From a virus (Duplodnaviria; Heunggongvirae; Uroviricota; Caudoviricetes): a stretch of DNA of 10,684 bases. Under the pieces are notes generated by a model. It saw only the letters and a list, made by a program, of their open reading frames with translations, did not search any database and was not told the DNA's origin. The stretch lies in the IMG/VR virus record IMGVR_UViG_2671180643_000008; one strand, given 5' to 3'. Positions 1-6,653 of this stretch are shown here, piece by piece. Position 1 is the first letter of the stretch. Each line of letters opens with the position of its first letter. The position numbers and the translations under genes were made by a program.

Positions 1-1
1 G

Positions 2-172
2 ACGTTTTATAAACGAATTAATGCAGGCGATCGAAAAGGTGCCTGTGAGGCGATTCGCTGGTGGATTAAGGACGGTGGCAGAGACTGCCGTATCCGTTCA
101 AATAATTGCTACGGTCAGGTCTCACGGCGTGACCAGGAGAGCGCGCTGGCGTGCTGGGACATCGACAGATAG
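2..172 (+). CDS. Phage endolysin, C-terminal fragment (T4-lysozyme-like GH24, P21 R / RrrD type); 5' end lies outside the window
   Basis: Frame 2 is open from the window edge to TAG 170-172 and translates to ...TFYKRINAGDRKGACEAIRWWIKDGGRDCRIRSNNCYGQVSRRDQESALACWDIDR. This resembles the C-terminus of enterobacterial prophage lysozymes (recalled). It sits directly upstream of Rz/Rz1, as in a lysis cassette. Confidence 0.7.
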   Translation, partial: TFYKRINAGDRKGACEAIRWWIKDGGRDCRIRSNNCYGQVSRRDQESALACWDIDR

Positions 173-261
173 CAGAATATTTTCCTGAAAAATGACGTTG
201 GCCAACGCGGGTGGATAACACGAAATCCTGAAAACTGGTAAAACCTAAGTGAATAAAAGTA

Positions 262-300
262 AAAACCCCGTTTGTTGGCAGCAAGCGGGGTTTTGTGTTT
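262..300 (+). terminator. Intrinsic-terminator-like hairpin downstream of the endolysin gene
   Basis: AAAACCCCG (262-270) pairs perfectly with CGGGGTTTT (286-294), extendable to about 13 bp with one mismatch, and is followed by TTTTGTGTTTT. Seen directly in the sequence. Confidence 0.4.
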
Positions 301-392
301 TCTGACCTTGAGTAAGGCAAGGGAGAAATTATGGGTAGGGAGGTACTTTCCCTGTGAGGAAGTATAAAAGATTCTTTCTGAGGTTGTCCATT

Positions 393-506
393 ATGAAAGG
401 CATTGAAGTGGAGACGCCAGCCAGTCTGGATTTAACAAGAGCGGCAGCTTTTGCCATTCGTATTGTGGCCATTGCTGTTCTGGTCTGGGCAATCCGTTGG
501 TGGTGA
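393..506 (+). CDS. Hypothetical small membrane protein (37 aa) between endolysin and Rz
   Basis: ATG 393 to TGA 504-506 encodes MKGIEVETPASLDLTRAAAFAIRIVAIAVLVWAIRWW: a polar N-terminus followed by a hydrophobic helix-like segment. GAGG lies 9 nt upstream. The stop overlaps the Rz start (TGATATG). No homolog recognised. Confidence 0.25.
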   Translation: MKGIEVETPASLDLTRAAAFAIRIVAIAVLVWAIRWW

Positions 507-507
507 T

Positions 508-975
508 ATGAACCGTGTTCTGTGCGTGGTTATCATTGTCCTGCTGGTGGCCTGTGGTGCGCTTAGTCTGGGGCTGAATCATTACCGTGATCACGCCATC
601 ATCTACAAAGAGCAGCGCGATAAAAAAGCCAGTGAGCTGGAGCTGGCGAACGCGACAATTACTGATATGCAGATACGCCAGCGTGATGTCGCTGCATTTG
701 ATGCCAGATACTCGAGGGAATTAGCCGATGCGAGAGCTGAAAATGAAACTCTGCGTGCTGATGTTGCCGCTGGTCGTAAGCGCCTGCGGATCAACGCCAC
801 CTGCCCCGGTACCGTGCGTGAAGCCACCGGCACCTCCGGCGTGGATAATGCAACCGGCCCCCGACTGGCAGACACCGCTGAACGGGATTATTTCATCCTC
901 AGAGAACGGCTGATGGCAATGCAGAAGCAACTGGAAGGAGCACAGGAATATATCCGTACCCAGTGTATACCGTGA
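508..975 (+). CDS. Rz: Rz i-spanin (inner-membrane spanin subunit)
   Basis: Translation MNRVLCVVIIVLLVACGALSLGLNHYRDHAIIYKEQRDKKASELELANATITDMQIRQRDVAAFDARYSRELADARAENETLRADVAAGRKRL... has an N-terminal TM helix, a coiled-coil periplasmic domain, and the conserved NHYRD and PRLADTAERDYF motifs of lambda Rz. The ORF tool's upstream Met at 451 is rejected in favour of ATG 508, which sits just before the TM segment. Confidence 0.85.
   Translation: MNRVLCVVIIVLLVACGALSLGLNHYRDHAIIYKEQRDKKASELELANATITDMQIRQRDVAAFDARYSRELADARAENETLRADVAAGRKRLRINATCPGTVREATGTSGVDNATGPRLADTAERDYFILRERLMAMQKQLEGAQEYIRTQCIP
728..913 (+). CDS. Rz1: Rz1 o-spanin (outer-membrane lipoprotein), embedded in the +1 frame of Rz
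   Basis: Encodes MRELKMKLCVLMLPLVVSACGSTPPAPVPCVKPPAPPAWIMQPAPDWQTPLNGIISSSENG: a signal peptide with lipobox LVVSAC and a proline-rich mature part, very similar to lambda Rz1. GAGGGA lies 8 nt upstream of ATG 728. Entirely inside Rz in another frame. Confidence 0.8.
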   Translation: MRELKMKLCVLMLPLVVSACGSTPPAPVPCVKPPAPPAWIMQPAPDWQTPLNGIISSSENG

Positions 976-1261
976 TGTTTTGTTATGAAGGTGTTACTGG
1001 TAACGTTAAGGTAATTTAACAAAGAGTCAGTTCCGGACTTTATAGTGTGCTCAGTTCATGGCCAAAAACGATTTCTGTGATAAATATTTTGAATATTATT
1101 TACAGGTAAATGGAGTGGGGCACATGGATAGAAATATTACAATAGAGAATGAAGTATATGCCCGTATTGTATGGGCAGAGAAGGCAAAAACACGGTAATT
1201 CCGTGTGTTGCCATGATACCTGATTGGCAGAATAGTTGTTTGGTTTTGAGTATATAGTCAG

Positions 1262-1420
1262 CGTTTTTTGTTCAGTAATTGCTCCCTCAAAAAATAATAA
1301 AATAAGGTGATTATTTTTGTTTATTATTTAGTTTTTTTTGTGTGTTGTTTTATTGTTTTTGCGTGGTTTGTTTTTTATTGTTATTTCATTAAGGGAAGGT
1401 AAATTCAGGATGGCAGTCTG
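1262..1420 (+). promoter_or_regulatory. AT-rich, T-tract-rich upstream region of the PerC-like gene with a candidate sigma70 promoter
   Basis: Phased T-tracts (TTTTTTGT, TTTTATTGTTTTTG, etc.) suggest curved DNA. Candidate -35 TTGTTA (1378-1383), 16-bp spacer, -10 TAAATT (1400-1405). GGAGG at 1430-1434 lies 6 nt before ATG 1441. Confidence 0.3.
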
Positions 1421-1440
1421 TAGATAATCGGAGGTCACTT

Positions 1441-1755
1441 ATGCTACATGATCACGTGGCAGAATGTCTGGAGAAAAAAGGACTGTACCGGAGAGCAGCT
1501 GAACGATGGGCAAAAGTGATGGTACAGCTAAGTGATGACCAGAAAAGAAAAGTGGCGGCACAGAAACGAGCAGAGTGTTTGCGTAAGGCGCGCCGGACTC
1601 CGGTTTCACCGGTGAACCTGACCGAAATAAAACAAGCGGTCAACAGACTACATTCTGAGTTGGGAATGGGATTTGAAGAGCGGCGGGTATTCCGACGATA
1701 TAAAGGGACAGGAGAACAGAATACGTCCGGAAACGCGCGGTCAAAAAAATGCTAA
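1441..1755 (+). CDS. PerC-family transcriptional regulator (Pch-like, 104 aa); accessory moron gene
   Basis: Translation MLHDHVAECLEKKGLYRRAAERWAKVMVQLSDDQKRKVAAQKRAECLRKARR... carries the N-terminal A-E-x-L-E-x-K-G-L-(Y/W)-R-R-A-A-x-R-W signature that I recall for PerC and prophage Pch proteins. The 104-aa length matches Pch. Strong SD, AT-rich upstream DNA, and a position between lysis genes and cos. Confidence 0.72.
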   Translation: MLHDHVAECLEKKGLYRRAAERWAKVMVQLSDDQKRKVAAQKRAECLRKARRTPVSPVNLTEIKQAVNRLHSELGMGFEERRVFRRYKGTGEQNTSGNARSKKC

Positions 1756-1791
1756 AAAATATCTGAGAGAGTTATTGCCTGTTACCATAAG

Positions 1792-1820
1792 AAAAAGCGA
1801 CTTTAGTGGTCGCTTTTTGT
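1792..1820. terminator. Bidirectional intrinsic terminator between convergent genes
   Basis: AAAAAGCGAC (1792-1801), loop TTTAGTG, GTCGCTTTTT (1809-1818): a 10-bp perfect stem flanked by an A-tract 5' and a T-tract 3', so it can act on either strand. Lies between the stop of the PerC-like gene (1755) and the 3' end of the minus-strand gene (1837). Confidence 0.55.
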
Positions 1821-1836
1821 GTCATATATAAGTCGT

Positions 1837-2061
1837 TTAAGTAAACCTGTCTGAACAGGTGCTCTGGTCGTGTTTGTCTTTGTTGGGTACAAATTGAGAA
1901 TATTTTTCATTAATTAATCTTCTTCTGCAGGCTTCAATAACCCACGCTGAAAAATTACCTGAACCTTTCAGGTCAAGAGCGATGTTAATTTGTTCAATTA
2001 TCTGGTTTGGAAATCGGATGTTGCGGGTTGTTGTTCTGCGGGTTCTGTTCTTTGATGACAT
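1837..2061 (-). CDS. Hypothetical ribbon-helix-helix (Arc/MetJ/CopG-like) DNA-binding protein next to cos
   Basis: Translation MSSKNRTRRTTTRNIRFPNQIIEQINIALDLKGSGNFSAWVIEACRRRL... has a basic N-terminal tail, then a beta-strand (IRFP) and two helices, the typical RHH pattern. I recall a similar ORF in the equivalent position at the right end of lambda. Confidence 0.6.
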   Translation of the reverse strand: MSSKNRTRRTTTRNIRFPNQIIEQINIALDLKGSGNFSAWVIEACRRRLINEKYSQFVPNKDKHDQSTCSDRFT

Positions 2062-2268
2062 AATGTTGCCCCGTATTCAGTGTTGCTGATTTGTATTATC
2101 TGAAGTTGCTTTTACGCTAATTTGATGCAGATCAATTAATACGATACCTGCGTAATAATTGATTATTTCTCGTGGTTTGATGGCGTACACACATGTCGTG
2201 ATAAACCTCATGTAGATGATAATTATTATCATTTTCGTGGGTCCTTTCCGGCGATCCGACAGGTTACG

Positions 2269-2280
2269 GGGCGGCGACCT
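2269..2280. other. cosN cohesive-end site (12-nt GGGCGGCGACCT); cosQ expected just upstream (about 2230-2268)
   Basis: GGGCGGCGACCT followed by CGCGGGTTTTCGCTATTTATGAAAATTTTCCGG matches the first 45 nt of the lambda genome as I recall them. The upstream ...GGTCCTTTCCGGCGATCCGACAGGTTACG resembles the lambda right end. Lies immediately upstream of the terminase genes. Confidence 0.8.
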
Positions 2281-2314
2281 CGCGGGTTTTCGCTATTTAT
2301 GAAAATTTTCCGGG

Positions 2315-2416
2315 ATCCATGTCCGGTTTCTCTTCAAGTTAACTATATGAAAAATATAAAAACAGGTCTTCTGTGAACCGGACATGAACAAAAAACAGAC
2401 ATGTAAACCGGACATG
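2315..2416. repeat. cosB-like region: three copies of AAACCGGACATG (one inverted, two direct) flanking an AT-rich putative IHF bend site
   Basis: Copy A is inverted (CATGTCCGGTT, 2318-2328); copy B is 2376-2386 and copy C is 2406-2416 (AACCGGACATG). The AT-rich segment 2335-2365 between A and B parallels the lambda R3-I1-R2-R1 layout. Located between cosN and the small-terminase start. Confidence 0.45.
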
Positions 2417-2463
2417 ACCGGTTTTGTTGTGATTGTGAGGTGAGAGTTTTTGCGAGGTGAGGA

Positions 2464-2973
2464 GTGGCTACGCAGACTGAAGTTGCCAGGCATTTAAGTC
2501 TGACCGATCGCCAGCTTCGCAGATTGCAGAAATTGCCGGGTGCCCCGATATCAAATAAGCGAGGGCAACTGGATCTGGATGCCTGGCGCGATTTTTACAT
2601 ATCGTATCTGAGGAGAAGTAAAAACGATGTGCCTGATGGCGATAGCGAAGACGACTATGAGGAGAAATTGCTTATTGCCAGATGGGAACTGACAGCAGAA
2701 CAGGCTGTTACACAGCAGTTAAAAAATGAGGTGTCAAAAGGAAAACTTATTGACACCGGGTTCTGTATTTTTGCCCTCAGTAAGCTGGCAATGGCGTTAT
2801 CCAGTACGCTTGATTCCATCCCTTTATCCATGCAGCGACAGTTTCCTGATTTAACACCGCGCCATCTTGACCATCTGAAAACCCTTATTGCTAAGGGGGC
2901 AAATCAGTGTGCGCGGGCAGGGGATAAATTACCGGATTTACTCGATGAATATATCAGAGCAACAACTGAATAA
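2464..2973 (+). CDS. nu1: Terminase small subunit (gpNu1 family)
   Basis: The C-terminal two-thirds (...TGFCIFALSKLAMALSSTLDSIPLSMQRQFPDLTPRHLDHLK...LPDLLDEYI) is strongly similar to lambda gpNu1 as recalled; the N-terminal HTH region (MATQTEVARHLSLTDRQLRRL...) is divergent. GTG start at 2464 follows an in-frame TGA at 2458-2460 and an AGG-rich SD. The 3' end overlaps the A start by 29 nt. Confidence 0.85.
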   Translation: MATQTEVARHLSLTDRQLRRLQKLPGAPISNKRGQLDLDAWRDFYISYLRRSKNDVPDGDSEDDYEEKLLIARWELTAEQAVTQQLKNEVSKGKLIDTGFCIFALSKLAMALSSTLDSIPLSMQRQFPDLTPRHLDHLKTLIAKGANQCARAGDKLPDLLDEYIRATTE

Positions 2974-4874
2974 TATGATGGCTGCCGTTTCGGTTGCGCT
3001 GCAGCCTCTGGTCAGGGTTGTACCAATGACGGCAGTTGAATGGGCTGATCAAAATTATTATCTGCCTAAAGAATCCTCATACGGTGAGGGCGAATGGAAA
3101 ACGCTGCCATTCCAGATCGCCATCATGAACAGCATGGGGAATGATCAGATCCGCACTGTTAATCTGATTAAATCTGCCCGTGTTGGCTATACAAAGATGT
3201 TGCTGGGGGGTGGTCGGGTATTTTATTGAGCATAAATCCCGAAACAGTCTGCTTTTTCAGCCCACGGATTCTGCCGCTGAAGATTTTATGAAGTCTCACG
3301 TGGAGGCGACGATTCGGAACGTGCCATGCCTGAAAGACCTTTCCCCATGGCTGGGGCGTAAACATCGTGACAATACTCTCACGCTGAAACGCTTTTCATC
3401 GGGCGTCGGTTTCTGGTGCCTGGGCGGCGCTGCCGCCAAAAACTACCGTGAAAAATCCGTGGACGTGGTCTGCTATGACGAACTTTCCTCGTTCGAGCCG
3501 GATGTCGAAAAAGAGGGCTCGCCAACCCTGCTGGGGGATAAGCGTATTGAGGGGTCGGTGTGGCCAAAATCCATTCGCGGCTCGACGCCTAAAATCAAAG
3601 GCACCTGCCAGATCGAAAAAGCCGCTAACGAGTCGGCGCATTTTATGCGTTTTTATGTGCCCTGCCCGCACTGTGGGGAGGAGCAGTATCTGAAATTTGG
3701 CGATGAGTCCACGCCTTTTGGGCTTAAATGGGAGAAGGACAGCCCTGAAAGTGTTTTCTACCTCTGTGAACATCATGGCTGCGTGATCCATCAGTCTGAA
3801 CTGGACCAGAGCAACGGGCGGTGGATCTGTGAAAACACGGGCATGTGGACCCGTGACGGTCTGACGTTTTTCAGCGCCCGGGGTGATGAAATTCCGCCGC
3901 CGCGCTCCATCACGTTCCATATCTGGACGGCGTACAGTCCGTTCACCACCTGGGTACAGATTGTCTATGACTGGCTGGATGTACTGAAAGATCCCAACGG
4001 CCTGAAAACCTTTGTGAACACCACGCTGGGCGAGACCTGGGAAGAGGCCGTGGGCGAAAAACTCGATCACCAGGTACTGATGGATAAGGTGGTGCGTTAC
4101 ACGGCGGCGGTGCCTGCCCGGGTGGTTTATCTGACGGCGGGCATTGACTCGCAGCGAAACCGTTTTGAGATGTATGTCTGGGGATGGGCTCCGGGAGAGG
4201 AAGCCTTTCTGGTGGATAAAATCATCATTATGGGGCGTCCTGATGAGGAAGAGACGCTGTTACGTGTGGATGCGGCGATCAACAAAAAATACCGCCATGC
4301 GGATGGCACCGAAATGACTATTTCCCGTGTCTGCTGGGACACCGGGGGGATCGATGGTGAAATTGTTTATCAGAGATCAAAAAAACACGGTGTTTTCCGG
4401 GTGCTGCCGGTAAAAGGCGCATCTGTCTATGGCAAGCCGGTGATCACCATGCCAAAAACCCGCAATCAGCGGGGCGTGTATCTGTGTGAAGTGGGAACGG
4501 ACACCGCAAAAGAAATTCTCTATGCCCGTATGAAAGCCGATCCCTCGCCTGCGGATGAAGCCACGTCGTATGCCATCCGTTTTCCTGATGATCCGGAGAT
4601 TTTTTCGCAGACAGAGGCGCAGCAACTGGTGGCGGAAGAGCTGGTGGAGAAGTGGGAAAAAGGAAAGATGCGTCTGCTGTGGGATAACAAAAAGCGGCGT
4701 AACGAAGCGCTGGACTGCCTGGTGTATGCCTACGCGGCATTACGTGTGTCCGTGCAACGCTGGCAGCTTGATCTGGCTGTACTGGCAAAATCCCGGGAAG
4801 AAGAGACGACCCGGCCAACCCTGAAAGAACTGGCAGCGAAGCTGTCCGGAGGAGTGAATGGTTACAGTCGCTGA
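2945..4874 (+). pseudogene. A: Terminase large subunit (gpA family), interrupted by a +1 frameshift at a G6 run (3205-3210)
   Basis: ATG 2945 gives MNISEQQLNNMM...TAVEWADQNYYLPKESSYGEGEWKTLPFQIAIMNSMG...VGYTKMLLGGGRVFY and stops at 3227-3229. The remaining roughly 550 aa (WGVVGYFIEHKSRN...CPHCGEEQYLKFGD... to TGA 4872-4874) are in the next frame. Both parts are colinear with lambda gpA as recalled. Removing one G from GGGGGG restores K-M-L-L-G-V-V-G-Y-F-I-E-H-K. Confidence 0.8.
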
Positions 4875-5064
4875 ACTGCAGGCGCTGCGTCAGGCGCGCC
4901 TTGATTTATTAACCGGTAAACGGGTGGTGTCTGTCCAGAAAGATGGACGAAGAATTGAATATACGGCGGCCTCTCTGGATGATCTTAACCGGGCGATCAA
5001 TGATGCGGAGTCAGTGCTGGGGACAACAAGCCGCCGCCGTCGTCCGCTGGGAGTGAGGTTATGA
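4858..5064 (+). CDS. W: Head-tail joining / head completion protein gpW
   Basis: The 68-aa product MVTVAELQALRQARLDLLTGKRVVSVQKDGRRIEYTAASLDDL... resembles lambda gpW (recalled motif TGKRV-x-VQKDGRR). GGAGGA SD. Overlaps the A stop and the B start (ATGA). Confidence 0.8.
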   Translation: MVTVAELQALRQARLDLLTGKRVVSVQKDGRRIEYTAASLDDLNRAINDAESVLGTTSRRRRPLGVRL

Positions 5065-6653
5065 AACGAACGCCTGTCCTGATTGATGTGAACGGTGTTC
5101 CGCTTCGGGAGAGCCTCAGCTACAACGGGGGCGGTGCAGGATTTGGCGGGCAAATGGCGGAGTGGTTGCCACCGGCGCAGAGTGCCGATACGGCCCTGTT
5201 GCCCGCGTTGCGTCTGGGCAATGCCCGTGCAGATGATCTGGTGCGCAATAACGGGATAGCGGCCAATGCGGTGGCACTGCATAAGGATCATATTGTCGGG
5301 CATATGTTTCTGATCAGCTACCGTCCGAACTGGCGCTGGCTGGGGATGCGGGAGACTGCAGCAAAAAGTTTTGTCGATGAGGTGGAGGCGGCCTGGTCGG
5401 AATACGCCGAAGGGATGTCTGGCGAGATCGACGTGGAAGGGAAACGCACGTTTACGGAATTTATCCGTGAAGGTGTGGGCGTTCATGCGTTTAACGGCGA
5501 AATCTTTGTGCAGCCGGTCTGGGATACGGAGAGCACGCAACTGTTTCGTACGCGTTTTAAAGCCGTGAGTCCGAAACGGGTAGACACGCCAGGACACGGT
5601 ATGGGGAACCGTTTTCTGCGGGCCGGGGTGGAGGTCGATCGATATGGCCGTGCCGTTGCGTACCATATCTGTGAGGATGATTTTCCGTTCTCTGGTAGTG
5701 GACGATGGGAACGGATCCCGCGTGAACTACCCACCGGGCGTCCGGCCATGCTGCATATTTTCGAGCCGGTGGAGGACGGGCAGACCCGTGGGGCTAATCA
5801 GTTTTACAGCGTCATGGAACGGCTGAAGATGCTGGATTCCCTGCAGGCAACACAGCTTCAGTCGGCCATTGTGAAAGCCATGTATGCAGCGACGATTGAA
5901 AGTGAACTTGATACCGAAAAGGCCTTTGAATATATCGCCGGTGCGCCGCAGGGGCAGAAGGATAATCCGCTTATTAATATTCTGGAGAAGTTCTCCACCT
6001 GGTATGACACGAATAACGTGACGCTGGGCGGTGTCAAAATTCCGCACCTTTTCCCCGGTGATGATCTGAAACTGCAGACTGCGCAGGATTCAGACAATGG
6101 ATTTTCGGCGCTTGAACAGGCGCTGCTGCGGTATATCGCCGCCGGTCTTGGCGTTTCCTACGAACAGTTGTCCCGGGATTACTCGAAGGTCAGTTATTCA
6201 AGTGCCCGCGCCTCCGCCAATGAGTCGTGGCGCTATTTTATGGGACGACGAAAATTTATTGCGTCCCGGCTGGCCACGCAGATGTTTTCCTGCTGGCTGG
6301 AAGAGGCACTTCTTCGGGGGATTATTCGTCCGCCACGGGCGCGTTTTGATTTTTATCAGGCGCGATCAGCCTGGTCACGGGCTGAGTGGATTGGAGCCGG
6401 AAGAATGGCCATTGACGGGCTCAAGGAAGTCCAGGAATCAGTGATGCGCATTGAGGCCGGACTGAGCACGTATGAGAAAGAGCTGGCGCTGATGGGCGAG
6501 GATTATCAGGACATTTTCCGCCAGCAGGTCAGGGAATCTGCTGAGCGACAAAAAGCCGGACTCTCACGTCCGGTGTGGATAGCGCAGGCGTATGAGCAGC
6601 AGATAGCGGAGAGTCGCAGGCCGGAAGAGGAGACAACACCACGTGAGACGTAA
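5061..6653 (+). CDS. B: Portal protein (gpB family)
   Basis: The 530-aa product shows long near-identical blocks to lambda gpB as recalled (ARADDLVRNNG, FEPVEDGQTRGANQFYSVME, LQSAIVKAMYAATIESELDT, LLRYIAAGLGVSYEQLSRDY, GRMAIDGLKEVQE). Synteny A-W-B. Confidence 0.9.
   Translation: MKRTPVLIDVNGVPLRESLSYNGGGAGFGGQMAEWLPPAQSADTALLPALRLGNARADDLVRNNGIAANAVALHKDHIVGHMFLISYRPNWRWLGMRETAAKSFVDEVEAAWSEYAEGMSGEIDVEGKRTFTEFIREGVGVHAFNGEIFVQPVWDTESTQLFRTRFKAVSPKRVDTPGHGMGNRFLRAGVEVDRYGRAVAYHICEDDFPFSGSGRWERIPRELPTGRPAMLHIFEPVEDGQTRGANQFYSVMERLKMLDSLQATQLQSAIVKAMYAATIESELDTEKAFEYIAGAPQGQKDNPLINILEKFSTWYDTNNVTLGGVKIPHLFPGDDLKLQTAQDSDNGFSALEQALLRYIAAGLGVSYEQLSRDYSKVSYSSARASANESWRYFMGRRKFIASRLATQMFSCWLEEALLRGIIRPPRARFDFYQARSAWSRAEWIGAGRMAIDGLKEVQESVMRIEAGLSTYEKELALMGEDYQDIFRQQVRESAERQKAGLSRPVWIAQAYEQQIAESRRPEEETTPRET

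Noticed and set aside
451-507. Upstream extension of Rz to ATG 451 (MPFVLWPLLFWSGQSVGGD...)
   Set aside because: Rz homologs begin directly with the TM segment, as at MNRVL (ATG 508). The extension would add a second hydrophobic stretch and overlap the small ORF at 393-506. The 508 start follows GGTGGTGA.
66-594. Minus-strand ORFs at 66-320 and 391-594
   Set aside because: The first is antisense to the endolysin 3' end, and the second spans the spacer and the Rz start. Neither has a credible RBS or recognisable similarity.
3205-3210. Programmed +1 ribosomal frameshift or transcriptional slippage in the terminase gene
   Set aside because: No slippery motif, rare-codon pause or stimulatory structure is evident, and a G6 run is short for RNA polymerase slippage. 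There is no precedent I know of for recoding in gpA-family terminases. Mutation or sequencing error is far more likely.
3396-4070. 224-aa ORF on the minus strand
   Set aside because: It lies entirely antisense to the strongly conserved terminase large-subunit coding sequence and has no recognisable start context or similarity. It is the usual spurious antisense ORF in GC-rich coding DNA.
4890-5666. 258-aa ORF on the minus strand
   Set aside because: Antisense to the W and portal genes, which are clearly the real coding frames. The product is Arg/Pro-rich and of low complexity, typical of a non-coding frame.
6097-6444. 115-aa ORF on the plus strand in an alternative frame
   Set aside because: It falls inside the portal gene in a different frame. 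The portal frame is continuous and homologous across this segment, and the ORF has no SD and a biased composition.
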